Source: the human T2T-CHM13v2.0 reference genome, Homo sapiens
Length of the DNA: 64,000 nucleotides
Assembly (NCBI RefSeq): GCF_009914755.1
Contig: NC_060926.1
Direction: 5' to 3' (one strand)
Part shown: positions 12,801-26,059 of the stretch, piece by piece
Layout of the letters: each line of letters opens with the position of its first letter
How positions within the stretch are numbered: position 1 is the first letter of the stretch
Program-made: the position numbers and the translations under genes
The notes under the pieces: generated by a model
Told to the model about the DNA's origin: nothing
Seen by the model: only the letters and a program-made list of their open reading frames with translations
The model's database searches: none

Positions 12801-13888
12801 TGTGGTAGGGAGAATAATGACCCCCAAAGATGTCCAGGTTCTAATCCCTGGCATTTGTGAATATGTTACCTTATGTGGCAAAAGGGACTTTACAGATGTG
12901 AGTAAGGCGAAGGGCCTGGAGATGAGGAGGTTATCCTGGGCTATCTGGGTAGGCCCAATCTAATCACAAGAATCCTTAAGAGTCGAGAACCTTTCCTGAT
13001 TGATCAGAGATAGATGTGCCAACAGAGCAGGTTCATGGAGATAGCATTGAATGAAATCAAAATATTTTAATTTTGATTAGAATATCAAAAATTATAAAAT
13101 AAAGAAGTATACCCCAAATATACTTCTTTGACATATTTTGTGAGGACTATTCAGAAGGCCTGCAGACAGAAGTAGCCCTGCTGAGCTGTCTTTTGTGGGG
13201 GAGATTTGCATCTGTAGAGAATCTGCATTGATGCAGACGTGCTTTCTCTGAGGCCTTCCCTTGTCCAGAACTAGGGAAGATTAACTGAGAGTCTAACACC
13301 TCTAAAGGTCTGAAAGAAACATTTTCCAATCCTTCTCTCTGAGAGCTGCTACCTGTCAGGGTTCATTTACATATCAAGACCACCTTTGCTAGCCAGTCCT
13401 CCTCTTCTCCCGCTCCCATAACCGTTTTTGCCAGGATCCAAGTTCCCATTCTTTCTGTCACCGCAAGATGGCATATAAGCTTCTGAACTCCACTGGGGCA
13501 TTGGGCTAATAACTGTGGCTCTCCCCGATGTGCACGTTTAATAATTTGGTATGCCATTTCCCTTATTAATCTGCCGCTGTCAGTTGATTTTTCGGTGAAC
13601 CTCGAGAGGGCAAGGAGGAAGATTTTCCTTGGATTCTACAGCAGCATAACAGATTTTGAAGGTGGTGGAACAGCACCCCAAATCATGGTCTGCAAGCAGC
13701 CTCTAGAACAAAGTGTAGGTGAGGGAGCAAGATTTTCTCCATAATCTCGAGAAGCAACACAGTCCTGGCAGACACTTTCGTCTTAGCCTAGTAAAGCTGA
13801 TGTTGACATTCTGACATGTAAAATTGGTGTTGATTCAAGCCACTGAATTAGCATTGATTTGTCAAAATAGCAACAGGAAACTAATGCA
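12801..13888 (+). mobile_element. MLT1D/E MaLR solo LTR interrupted by a MER34-family LTR
   Basis: tgtggtagggagaataatgacccccaaagatgtcc start; ggaaactaatgca end; TSD ggcac / gtcac. Confidence 0.88.
13048..13640 (+). mobile_element. MER34-family ERV1 solo LTR
   Basis: tgaatgaaatcaaaatatttt...ggagatttgcatctgtagagaatc...ttccttggattctaca; TSD gcat / gcag. Confidence 0.85.
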
Positions 13889-16079
13889 GTCACCATGGAC
13901 TGATATGATGTCAACAGAATCAGAACATCATTATCTTCACTTACTCTCATTTGTCCTGATTTTTCTTTCATAATAGCATTATATTTTTTTTTCCCGGAGC
14001 CTTTAATTTTGCAGACTCTCAATCTTTTTGAAAACTTTTGAGGTAATCATATCACAATGATGTGTTGAAACTTCATGTTCTGTTTCTCTTTGGAAACAAA
14101 AGTTTTTGGTGAATGCAGGATTGCTGCTATGAGATCTCTCAATGAGCCCCTGGCAACACTTTTATTTGAGAGACTAAAGTGTTTGAAAAGAACTCTTTTT
14201 ATCCCTGTTTGACTGTTGAAAGTAATTGTCTCTGGTAAAAATGAAAACAAAAACAAAAACTTTTTTCTCTTAGTGCTATATAAAAAATAGAAAAAAATCT
14301 ACTTTTTAATTTTAATATACTAGAGAAGTTTCCAAAATGTTCTTTTTTCTGTCTGCAGCATGTAGCAGAAGATATTTAATTATTTTCTCCTGTTACTTAT
14401 TTGTTGGTATTTTTTGTCTGTTTAATGTTTATCTTCTCCCATTTTTTGGAGCATATTTACTAAATACTAAAATTTGGGGGATTAATTAATTAATCCTTTA
14501 GTTAATGAATGTATAAATGAATGGAAGGATTTATATATTGGATTTTTAAAAATCATATCTTATTGCAGCAGAGTCATACACTCCTGAAGAATATTAAGTA
14601 GCAAAATAATGTGCTTTGTTTCACTGAAATTGGTTTTTTCTCTGCATTTAACATAGCAAATCTAACCCTCCTCTTGTTGAACATGAGAGGTTAGCGCTTT
14701 GTGAGATTTTCCTACTGCAAGACATTTAATAAGTGCTTTACATGTGCTGTTTATTGCTAGAACCAAACTTCTCTATGTTGCTTCTCAGATGAACACTCTT
14801 TTGCCAGAATGCACACATACAGATTGAATAATTATCTTATTTTCTGAACTTGAATTGGGCTATGGTCTGATACAAGAATATCATTTGAACCCAAGACTAC
14901 AACCAAACCATCCTGAATATAATTCTGTGGCCTCTAATAGCCTATCATATACTTTGACAGACAAGATAAGGAAATGAGTCATAGCTTATACCTTTGAGGA
15001 GATTGGTGAAACTATCTATAATCTCTCTTTCTCTCCCTCCCCCCATACCCCCTTCCCTCTCTGCATCCAATTTCTCTATATATCTATCCCTCTATTGTAC
15101 TTGGGTGCCCAGCCCTTTGTGTACCCTTTTCTATTTTGGTGAGAATTGCTGTGATGGCCCTTTCCCAGGGCCAGATAAGAGGTAGTTCATACTAAGATTC
15201 CCATCCTTTAACTAGAATATGTCATAACACAGAGACTAAAGGCTTTGGATTTATTGTTGGCCAAAGCAAATTCTTCATAGTGATTAAATGAAGGCAGTGA
15301 TGGTCTAGCAAGACTATCTGAACATCCGATATCCTCAATGGTTTTGGGCTCTCCAGTTCTGCCTGTCTGGGAAATATCAATAAATCCAACTGGTTCCCTA
15401 TAAAGACAGGCCCCTGAGGCCGATTATTTGGTTAAGCATTAGGCAAATGAAAATGCAAGGAGTCAATGCTAGTTTGCCCTGCTGGGATATGCCGGTGGAA
15501 GTGTTGGACCAGCTTTGGGCACAAGGAGAAAGGGGTCAGCCTTCTGAAGAACCCCTTTCTCTACCTTTAGCACTTTTAGAACCTGCCTGGAATATGTGAG
15601 AATCTGAAAGTGTTAATGTTGTTCCCTGTCTCCCTGTCTTCTCCTCTACCCTCTAGTGTGAAACAAAAGACAGCCTTTGTATATATTTGTATGCTTTTTG
15701 TTTGTTATATTTTTTTCATGCTAAGGGTTTCCATAGAAATATTTATTCAGCATGAGAGAAAAGTAACTGCTCCAGTTCCACTTCTGAAGAGAATGTGTGT
15801 GTGTATGTCTTAAAAAGACCAATAGAACTATCTTGAACCATCTTGAAAAGAGAGAATATTCTTTCTATATTATTTGTTCAGTGTTCATGCATTTTGCTGT
15901 GTTGTTTCCCCACTGGATAGAGGCACATTTCTTGTGCATACTTGGTGGATACATAAAGACCCATCAAGATCCAGCCCACATGTCACTCTGTTGGTTTATC
16001 CATCACTGGTAAGACAGTGCGTTTCTCTCTGTGCAGGGGCCTCTTTGTATATAGATATTACCTCATCAATGACATTGTG

Positions 16080-16210
16080 TTACTATTGGCTTATCTGACT
16101 TCCTAACCATCAGAATCTCAGGAGGGAAAGGGTGCTTTCTTTCTTTGTGTATCTGGCATAGTTTTTAGCACATAGCAGGTGCTAACTGAAAGTATGTTCA
16201 ATAGAAATGT
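16080..16210 (+). mobile_element. L2 3' end remnant
   Basis: ttagcacatagcaggtgct...tatgttcaatagaaatg. Confidence 0.5.
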
Positions 16211-16575
16211 ATATGGCTGAATCTCACTTTTAAACCTCTAACTTTAGTCTCTCCTTTAGTATGCCAAAGATGACTCATTTGTCTATCCTATGATGGTCAG
16301 CACTGATACTTGTAAAGAGTCAAAAATCTGTCCTGTAATTTAGAAAGCTTGTGTTTTGTTCAGGTAGTCATCTTGAAGAAACAGCCTGAACTTGATAATA
16401 ACATGCATTTGTAAAATTGCTCTACAATTGCAGCTCATTTACAGTTGCTGAATGTATATTTTAGATTATGATAGCAATATACTCACGTTTTAGCAAAATT
16501 AGAAATGAGTTAAAAATTAACCATAATTCTAACTCCTGAAAATTATTGCTGTTAGCAATTTAAAGTTGTTTATGT

Positions 16576-16608
<33 letters not shown>

Positions 16609-16609
16609 A
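16576..16609. repeat. (CA)n microsatellite
   Basis: Direct reading. Confidence 0.97.
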
Positions 16610-16815
16610 TAAATATGTCTATGCTTTTACTTTTAAAATAGCCATGCCATGTTTTTCATTGTGCTCATTGTGATGAGGTGCTCATTGGGATAGATGAGTT
16701 CATCATAGATGCTCATTGTGAACTATTTAGGAAGATTACATTTACTTACATCTCTTAGACATAATCATTATTAGTATTGTGTTCTTTTCCTCTAGATTTA
16801 GATCCATGAAAAAGT

Positions 16816-16858
16816 TCACACACACACAAACACACACACCCCCACATGCACACACACA
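16816..16858. repeat. Imperfect (CA)n
   Basis: Direct reading. Confidence 0.9.
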
Positions 16859-17250
16859 TTCACTGGCGTATACTTTGGTCTACGAGTTCCCTTCATAAAA
16901 TAAAACTGAAATGTAATGTTGCAGTGCCTCAATGTTAAAGTTGCTTTAGGGAGAGTGTGGAAGAGGGAAGTAATTTCACATCAGTCATCTAAAAATTATT
17001 CACAGATGTTAAACTCCCAGTAGATTTTTTATAGGCCTAATGGCTGGAAGCCTAGATGAGTCATGTGATTGAAGAACACAACAATAAGCTTACTTTATGA
17101 GTAAGGTTAGTGATCTTGAGAAAAGTTATCTTTCATTATCCTTCTGGGATGATCCACAGAGTTAAAGTAGGTCCATGCTAGAACTAACGAAAGGCATGAT
17201 TAGAAATCAGATTTAAAAGCAGAGGACTCAGTAGGACTCCACATCCTTGA

Positions 17251-17310
17251 ATATGCCTACGCCCTTCACAATTAAAGTGAAGGCTTTAATTTTGAAAGGC
17301 GTGGATATAT
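17251..17310. other. Inverted repeat / hairpin, 27-bp arms, 6-nt loop
   Basis: atatgcctacgcccttcacaattaaag-tgaagg-ctttaattttgaaaggcgtggatatat: 22 Watson-Crick pairs, 2 G:T, 3 mismatches. Confidence 0.9.
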
Positions 17311-17989
17311 TAATGAGTGTTAAACTTGCAGAGACCTAACATGAACCATAAGGATATGTGATACTCAAATCTGGTAAGACATTGAAGGCTAGATAGATTT
17401 TGCAATATCCATTCTCCTGCCTTTTCTGCCTCCCATCAACAAATCTGATAATTTATCATGGTTACCCAACCTTTAACTGCTCTTATTGGTCACAGAATTA
17501 TTTTCCTGTCCTGACCACCCATCGGAGCTTTGTAATAATACCTTCTAGAGCGTACTCCATTTTCCATTCTTGGGCCCAGGATATTTTCTGACTATCAATG
17601 AATCATAATTATTTTCTGTAACAATAAGAAACATATGTAATTTTTAACACCACTAGTTCATTTTGATCCAAGAACAAAACGAAAGACTTTATTATATTAT
17701 GGTGGAGACTGAGGAAAATGGAGTGTTTGATGCTATAGTGGGTAAATTCTCTGAAAGCCACCTTCGTATATTTGTGATTAAGGCTACATTATTGAATGTG
17801 AGATGCTATTACTGTAATTGAGGCATAAGTTAAAATTTCTCATTTTGTTGGCATATTTGGGATCATAAAGATTAGTTAATCCTTATTCCAGGTGAAAACT
17901 ACAGATATTGGAAGACATATCACCTCAAAAATATTTCCTACAAGGGTAAACATCTCAAATTCCTGTAAACATTCTTGCTCTGACACATC

Positions 17990-18800
17990 ATGAACATTTA
18001 CAATATAATATTTAACCTGCCTTGAATACATTCCAATTTCACTCTATTTCTTTTAAAATATAACTACCAAGACAGAAGTTAGAATTTCAAGAGTGTGAGC
18101 AAACAGGTCACACGAGAGAAAGGCTCCTCTCTCATTTTCTAGAAATATGGCCATTAATAACAGCTATAATCACATTAGCTATAGGCAGACATATTACAGT
18201 TTTAGTGTGTTGAACATATTATTATTATCAAATGCCCTTAAATATTTTAATGAAATTTTAGTTTCTCCGGAACTTCTCTCTTCTAATCTTTGTTTCTAGA
18301 AACAAATGTATAAATATCGATTAAAAATTCCTTTGGTTTTTTTGGGGGAGTGAGCAAATGACATTATTCTGGTATATTTTATATATTATTGAAATGTACA
18401 TTATTGACATATATTACATGCACATACACTTTTTTTTTAAATGGGAGTGTCCGTGGAGTCTACTTCTCCCATTTTCTGCTAATAAAGATGGGTTTTGGAT
18501 TCAGGTGTGACACTTCGGTTTTATCCCTGATGAATATTATTTTATTAGATTTATCTCATCACACAAACCTTTCAGAATCTTTCTAGATCTATGTGTATCA
18601 TCTAGTATATTTGATATCTCTCATATGTTTATTCCATTCTTCATTTACTTTATGGATGAAAAAGTTAAAGTCAGAGATTTGTCATGTATCTTCATTATAA
18701 ATTCATCAGTTGTTGACACTGTTGAATAATAAATCCACCCAATTCTGGATATTGAAAATAAATAACAATACAACATTTTATAAGCACAATGAGGATCTAT
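17990..18800 (-). mobile_element. L3/CR1 LINE remnant
   Basis: ttatccctgatgaatattattttattagatt...gaatctttctagatct and taatcacattagctataggcag resemble the antisense CR1 RT region. Confidence 0.6.
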
Positions 18801-19130
18801 ATCTATTATGAACATATAAAATTTTATAAAATTCAAAAATATATCATGGGGCAGCTTCTCTCAAGTTAATAATGTTAGGTACCCATCAAAGAACTAATTG
18901 AAATGTATTTGTTATTTTTTGTTTGATCTTCATTGGTCACTGTGTATCCTGATAAGAATTTTCAACTTCCAGGTGCTCATATTGTCTCTTTTATAATTTG
19001 TTTCTTACATTAATTGTCTTCCGAATTTTTATACTTTCTAAACTCTTGCCATTTGAGTTGTTGATGTTGCTTTGTTTTTGTCCTTCCTTAAATCAAATGT
19101 ACAGATCTGTATCTGAAATTATTTTGTAAA

Positions 19131-19164
19131 TCATCATCACCACCACCATCATCACCATCATCAT
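19131..19164. repeat. (CAT/CAC)n trinucleotide repeat
   Basis: Direct reading. Confidence 0.9.
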
Positions 19165-19221
19165 AGCATTTGTAAATCTGCAGTCTTTCAGCATCTTTTG
19201 TGCTTTAAAAAAATAAACTTT

Positions 19222-19530
19222 GGCCTGGCAAGGTGGCTCATGCCTGTAATCTTCACACTTTGGGAGGCCAAGACAGGTGGATCACCTGAGGTCAGGAGTT
19301 AGATACCAGCCTGGCCAACATGGCAAAACCCTGTATCTACTAAAAATAAAAAAAAATGCCTAGGCATCGTGGTGAGTGCCTATAATCCCACCTACTCGGG
19401 AGCCTGAGGCAGGAGACTGGCTTGAACCCAGGGGGCAGAGGTTGCAGTGAGCCAAGATTGCGCCACTTCACTCCAGCCTGGGTGAAAGAGCAAAACTCTG
19501 TCTCAAAATAAATAAACAAACAAACAAACT
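19222..19530 (+). mobile_element. AluS (Sx/Sq) inserted in the tail of an L1MC
   Basis: Dimeric Alu; (AAAT/AAAC) tail; TSD-like aaataaacttt / aaacaaacttt. Confidence 0.93.
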
Positions 19531-20022
19531 TTTTGGAATAGTTTTAAGTTTACAAAATAGTTTAACACAAAGTACAGTACCCTTCTATACTCCCTCTTCC
19601 TCCTCTCTTTCTCGATATTAACATCTTGCAGTACTGTAATATATTTATTACTGCTGATGAACCAATATTGATACATTATTATTAATGGAAGTCCATAGTT
19701 AGTATTAGGGTTCACTCTTTATATTGTATATTCTGTGGAATTGACATAAGTATAGTAACATGTTTCAGCCATTACATTATCCTATGGAATAATCTCACTG
19801 CCCTAAGAATACACCGTGCTCCAGCTTTTTATCTGTCACTTCTCCCTTCATTACAAACCCGTGGAAAGCACTGATCTTTTTACGTCTCCATAGTTTTGCC
19901 TTTTCTGGAATGTCACACAATTGGACTGACACAATATATATCCCTTTCAGACTGGTTTCTTTTACAGATCAATAAGCGTTTAAGTTTCCTTCATGCTTTT
20001 GTGTGGCTTGATAGCTCATTCT
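19531..20022 (-). mobile_element. L1MC1-like 3' end
   Basis: gatgaaccaatattgatacattattatt...ttagggttcactctt...gtctccatagttttgccttttc. Confidence 0.85.
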
Positions 20023-21105
20023 AGAATCTCTTTCCATCTTCTCAGTTCCTGAAATACAATGAATTGTGATTCAATTGCCATAATAGCAAGTTTTCCCAAT
20101 GTTCTAATAATTATACAGCCACTTTTTAACTTTCCCCTTCATCTCATCTCCTAAAATAAGTTTACCTTTCTCAATATTTCTTCTTCATTTTTCCCCAGTT
20201 TGCAGATTTTTCTCTTTAGTAGGCAAGTAGACTGCATGTGCTTTAGGTTTTCTAAGCCATTTGTTTCTATTTGATACCAGAGAAATTGGATTAATCTACT
20301 TTCTTCCTGAAAGAACTGTATGCAGGTTATCAGATGTTGAAAAATCTCTTTGAGTTTTCCTAATAAGTTTTAACTCATTTCCTCCACAAGGGAGGTAACA
20401 CTTTGCTAGGAATAAACAAGGCCAAAAGTTCAATTCTGTTGGCACAACAATTCCTGTTCTCCCTAGGGCCTCAGAACTTGAGCAGCCAACCATCAGTGTC
20501 TGTTTAATCAGCATAGTAACCAAAGAAAGCATGCTTTCATGGATACCAGAAATGAGAGGAAGTGCACAGAGCTTGCTTAATTAATTAGAAAACAAGATGT
20601 CATTTATTCCATTGGCATCAGTAACTATCAAAAACAGACATAACCTTCTTATAGCATCAGACTGTAGAATGACAAGCTATGTGAAAGTTTTCTCAAGAGA
20701 CAACATTTAAAGATAGCCTTAAGCAGAGTTGTTCCTTAGCTTTAAAGCAAAAACCAATAACTAATTACATAAATAAAATCATAAAACAGGCATGTAAGTA
20801 AGCACACCAATCAACAATAATGCTTCTTTCTTCAGGGTTAAATTGGGTCTAATAACAATTATTACACACAAAATCTGGGAGGTTCTTTGGTGTTATCTCA
20901 TATTTTTAAATAAGGAAACAATCTTCACATCACTTTACTTGTGAACAGGCAAACTCAAAGGTTATATAGTTTCTCTGGGTCACAAGGCTAATACATAGGG
21001 GTGATTTCATAGTTTTCATTTTATTTCCTACATTCTCCTTCATAAACTTTCTACTTTGATCAGATACACTTTCTAACCAGCCTCTAGATAAACATTGTGC
21101 ATTTC

Positions 21106-21431
21106 GGCCGGGTGCGGTGGCTCACTCCTGTAGTCCCAGTACTTTGGGAGCCCGAGGCAGGTGGATCTCCTGAGGTCAGGAGTTTGAGACCAGCCTGGCC
21201 AACATGGCGAAACCCCATCTCTACTAAAAATAGAAAAATTAGCTAGGCCTAGTGGTGGGCGCCTGTAATCCCAGCTACTTGGGAGACTGAGGCAGGAGAA
21301 TCACTTCAAACCGGGAGGCGGAGATTGCAGTGAGCCGAGATCCCGAGATCATGCCACTGCACTCCAGCCTGGGCGACAGAGGGAGACTCTGTCTCAAAAA
21401 ATAATAAATAAATAAATAAACAAATAAATAA
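21106..21431 (+). mobile_element. AluSx
   Basis: Full dimer; (AAAT)n tail; 12-bp TSD attgtgcatttc (21094-21105, 21432-21443). Confidence 0.96.
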
Positions 21432-22075
21432 ATTGTGCATTTCAATTGTTAGTTTTTTCTACACTTACTAAAAAGAATTGTTCAGTCTTCCACTGAATGT
21501 TGGAGTATACCATGAGTTAGCTTAAGTTTTTTATTTCCTTCATTTACCAGACACCCAATGTAAAAGTTCATTTCAAAGGATTCCATTACTATATTAATAC
21601 AAAAGGTGGATATGATTAATCTAAATTTTATCGATCACATATTTGAGATCCCAAAATTAAATAACCTGCCCAATACTACAGACTAAGTGGTTCAAAGCAA
21701 GATTTATATCTAAATTTGTCTTTTTTTAACTTAACCCTTGCATGTTCACATTAGTGAAGCCATATTGTTGAATATCTCATATGAATACCATTAAAATAAT
21801 TTCCATTTATGTATAACTGAATAATTTTACTGAGAAGGACATTTTGAAATAAATTCTATATTGGGTATCCAGACAATATTTGTAGAGCACCTTGGATTTA
21901 CCACATTTTGTACTAGACGGGGAGGACAGGCATCTGTTAAATAACGTCTGCACTCCCTCCAGAAGAAGCTTGCCATCAGCTGGAAATATAGGCATGGGAA
22001 TAAATTACTGCAATTAAATGGGTTAAGTCTTAGATTGGAAATTTTTAATTTAACCTATGCTGATTTAGTACTAAA

Positions 22076-22787
22076 TATAATCGCCCCATTGGCCCTTCCT
22101 GCATGCTGCACAGACAAAATCAATTTGAGACCAACATGTTGTGGTCGATAAATAGTTTAATTGACATAAGGCCAGCTACATGCGAGAACTGCAGTTATCA
22201 CTCAAATCAGTCTCCTCAAAGGCTCAGTGGTTAGGAATTTTATGGACAATTTGGTGGGCAGGGGCTAGGGAATGAGTGGTGCTGATTGGTTGGGGCTGAA
22301 ATAATAGGGATATGGAAAACACTTCAGGGACTGGTGCACTGACTTTGCCTCTGGGTGGGACCACAGAACCAGTTGAGTCATGAATCACAAGTCTGCGTGG
22401 GGTCAATCGGAAAAAAAAAATCTCAAAACAACAGTCTTAAGTTCTACAGTGGTGATGTTGGACGCAACTGGGAAAATCACAAATCTTGTGACCTCTGCCC
22501 ACGTGATTCTTGAGCAGTAAATGATTACAGAAACTGGGCCTACATTTTAGCAGAGTTCAGGCCCCTCTTATAATCCTAATCTTGCGAACTTTCACTAGTT
22601 TTACAACAGTGGTTTCACTTAGGCAAGGACTTCTATTATCCTTGCTTAAAGATTAGACTATTATCCCTCCCAAAGTTAGCTTGGCTTACAGCCAGGAATG
22701 ACGAAGGACAGCTTGGAGGTTATAAGCAAGATAAAGTCAACTATGTCAAATTTCTCTCACGGTCATAATTTTGCAAAAGTGGTTTCA
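22076..22787 (-). mobile_element. LTR8-family (LTR8B-like) ERV1 solo LTR
   Basis: Minus strand starts TGAAACCACTTTTGCAAAATTATGAC and ends GGGCGATTATA; TSD taaa / taac. Confidence 0.85.
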
Positions 22788-22931
22788 TAACTAAATTTAC
22801 CAAATCTATAAGTAAATATTTGGGTGGGGGAATGCCCAGTCCAATGTCATCTTTTAGGGACAAATAACTTTCCAATCCCCATATGTACTCTCATCACTGG
22901 CCATGCTGAATGCCTTGGAATTCTCTGAACA

Positions 22932-23693
22932 CGGTAGTTCCTAGTTATCTGTGGGAGACACTTTCAAGATCCCTATGGGATGCCTGAATCCCGAGGTGGT
23001 ACTAAGCTCTATATATACTATGTTTTTCACTATACATACAAACCTATGATAAAGTTTAATTTAATTAATCTGACACATCATGTTGCTACCAATAATAATA
23101 TATTTCTGTATAGTCTTCTACCCACAAATTTCATGCTTTTTCTATCCTAACCAGGTATTTATCAAGCACTGTGGCTATACCTTTTGCAACTTGAGGTATG
23201 GCAACAAAACTAGCACAAGTTCCTTTTACCTTCTTCAAAATTTCACATATCAAAAGTTTGTTCTTACTGTAAAATTTTAGCAAACTGTGAATTTTTTCTT
23301 TCCTTATTAATTAGAGAATTTTCACTTAAAGGAAGCACTTTACAGCTGCTCTTTGGCGTATCCGAATTGCCAGCAGCTACACTTGTGCTTTAGGACTATT
23401 ATTAAGTATAATACGGGTTACTTGAACACAAACACTCCACAGTTGATCTGATAACCAAGACAGCCATTAAAAGACTAACAGGTGAATAGCTTCTACCCGG
23501 TGGATACCTTGTACAAAAGGTGGGACAGATTGGGGACAGCATGAGATTTCATCTTGTTACTCAGAAGAGAGTGCAATTTAAAACTTATGAATTGTGTATT
23601 TCTGGATATTTCCATTTAACATTCTCAGATCACATTGACTGCAGGTAACTAAAAACAGAGGGAGGTGAAAGCACAGATAAGGGGGAACTACTG
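22932..23693 (+). mobile_element. MER44C/D-like Tigger7-derived MITE
   Basis: TIRs cggtagttcctagttatctg / cagataagggggaactactg; shares internal blocks with 1277-1749. Confidence 0.85.
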
Positions 23694-23728
23694 TAATTTA
23701 CCACATAGGTTCACACCTTTAAAAATAC

Positions 23729-23970
23729 GTGGGAGTTGAAAAATGAGAATACATGGACACAGGGAGGGGAATATCACACACCTGGGCCTGCCGGGGGGTT
23801 TGGAGGCAAGGGGAGGGAGAGCATTAGGACAAAAATCTAATGCATGTGGGCCTTAAAACCTAGATGATGGGTTGATGGGTGCAGCAAACCATATGGCATG
23901 TATATACCTATGTAACAAATCTGCATGCTCTGCACATGTATCCCAGAACATAAACTACAATTTTTTTAAA
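23729..23970 (+). mobile_element. L1PA8 3' end
   Basis: gagagcattaggacaaa...gcatgtgggccttaaaacctagatg; TSD aaaaatacgt / aaaaatatgt. Confidence 0.9.
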
Positions 23971-24324
23971 AAAAATATGTACCCTCAAGCTTTTCTGTCC
24001 TGAAACCAGCTCCCTCCAACAACCAGATTACAGATTACCTCCTCTAGGACATATTCTTTGAGAACCACACCAATCCTAATTCAATGCTGGTTTTCTGTGC
24101 ATCACTACATTCTGTAAATAACTCAATTACAGCACAAATGACATATTTGTAAAGTTTATTTTACCTAACCTGGATCCCCACTAGATCCGATAGTGCTTGA
24201 GGATGAATATCCAAGGGTTTGGCTACTCCTTAGCCTATAAACACTGCTCAATAAATTGTAGTTGCTGGGAAAATCTATCAATCAATAAAAATCTATTTGC
24301 TAGACCCTTTCAAATGTTTTTTGT

Positions 24325-24774
<450 letters not shown>

Positions 24775-25031
24775 CTTTTTTCTTTTTAAGGCTTTTCAAC
24801 ATTCCATTTTCCCTTTAATGTACTCTTTTTTGTGAAATAAAATAAAACTCAAGAAAATACAGAAATTTCATATTTAGAAATGATTGTATGCATTTATTTG
24901 GTCAACATTATATTTCCATTCATTTAATATTTATACATATAAATGGATAAACATCATTCTTTGTATTTTATCTCTGGTATATGAACATACTATGTTTAAT
25001 TTATATATTTTAAAAATCAGACATTTAGGTG

Positions 25032-25350
25032 CATATTAGTAAAGGTAATCTGTGTTCTGCAACAGTATTGTAAATATTGAAATACCATTTCTTAATATAA
25101 CAGAGATTTATTTGGGGTCCACCTAAACTCTAGGACAAGGAGCGTTCCTCTGTCTTGTGAGTCCTCAATCTGGAAGATGTATCTGCTGTACTGTGGTAGG
25201 AGAAGAAAGGGATAGAGAACTCACACTGATTATTTTAATCACTTTTGCTCAGATTAGATGGTAAAAACTAGCCATATGTACCGAACATAGGTGCAAGGGT
25301 TTCTGGAAGATGCAGATGTGTATATGGAATATTTGGGCTCAGCTATAAAG
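25032..25350 (-). mobile_element. Old MLT1 (J/K/L-like) LTR remnant
   Basis: aaaactagccatatg...tgcaagggtttctggaagatgcag. Confidence 0.5.
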
Positions 25351-25762
25351 CGTGTCTAGATTGTCATTTTATAGTGCCAGGAGCCTCTTACTCTTCTATG
25401 TTTGGGCCTATATGTAAGAGTTTTTCTGGGGTAGAAATAGGATTGCTGGTATGGTTTCCATATTTTCTATTTTGCTAGAGCTGACACATTGCTCTCCTAT
25501 TAATTATGCTAAATTCTGTTTTTTTTAATTAGCTCTGAAGCAACTATACTGGCATTTTGATGTATATCTCTCTAGGCTCATTGTGGTACTTCTCAACTGT
25601 ATTCAAATCAACAATGGAAGATGATTTTGGACTTTTTTTTTGTCTTCAGTGAGGTCCCTAAAACACCTGTAGCCCCACAGATTTTTTAATTTCTTTATGG
25701 AGAGCGATTTATTCTCTTGACCTATTCCTGTGTCAATGGTGTGTTTGTTTATTTATTTGTTT

Positions 25763-26056
25763 GTAAAGAAAAGAGATTTCCTTGGCTCATGGCTCTGCAG
25801 GCTGCACAAAAAGCATGGCACCAGCATCTCCTCCTGGTGAGGGCCTGAAGCTGCTTCCACTTACTGTGGAAGGGGAAGGGGAATGGCATGTGCAGACATC
25901 ACAGGATAAGAGAAAAAGCCAGAGAGAGAGGGAAGTTGCCAGGTCCTTTTTAATGACTAGCTCTCAAGAGAACTAACAGAGGGAGAACTCACTTATTTCC
26001 CACCCGCCCCTCCACAAAAACAGAGAACATTATCTGTTTATGAAGTATCTGCCCTC
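25763..26056 (-). mobile_element. MSTB-type MaLR LTR (partial)
   Basis: ttggctcatggctctgcaggctg...agcatggcaccagcatct...gagggcctgaagctgcttccact. Confidence 0.85.
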
Positions 26057-26059
26057 GTT

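Noticed and set aside
14662-14694. Small hairpin ctaacc...ggttag
   Set aside because: Bulged and short; expected by chance
15080-15560. Possible ancient ERVL-type LTR(s)
   Set aside because: LTR-like composition, but I could not fix termini, TSD or family without a Dfam search
21335-21350. ccgagatc duplication in an Alu (similar micro-duplications at 49338-49380 and 56296-56331)
   Set aside because: Ordinary slippage duplications; not the AluYb diagnostic insertion
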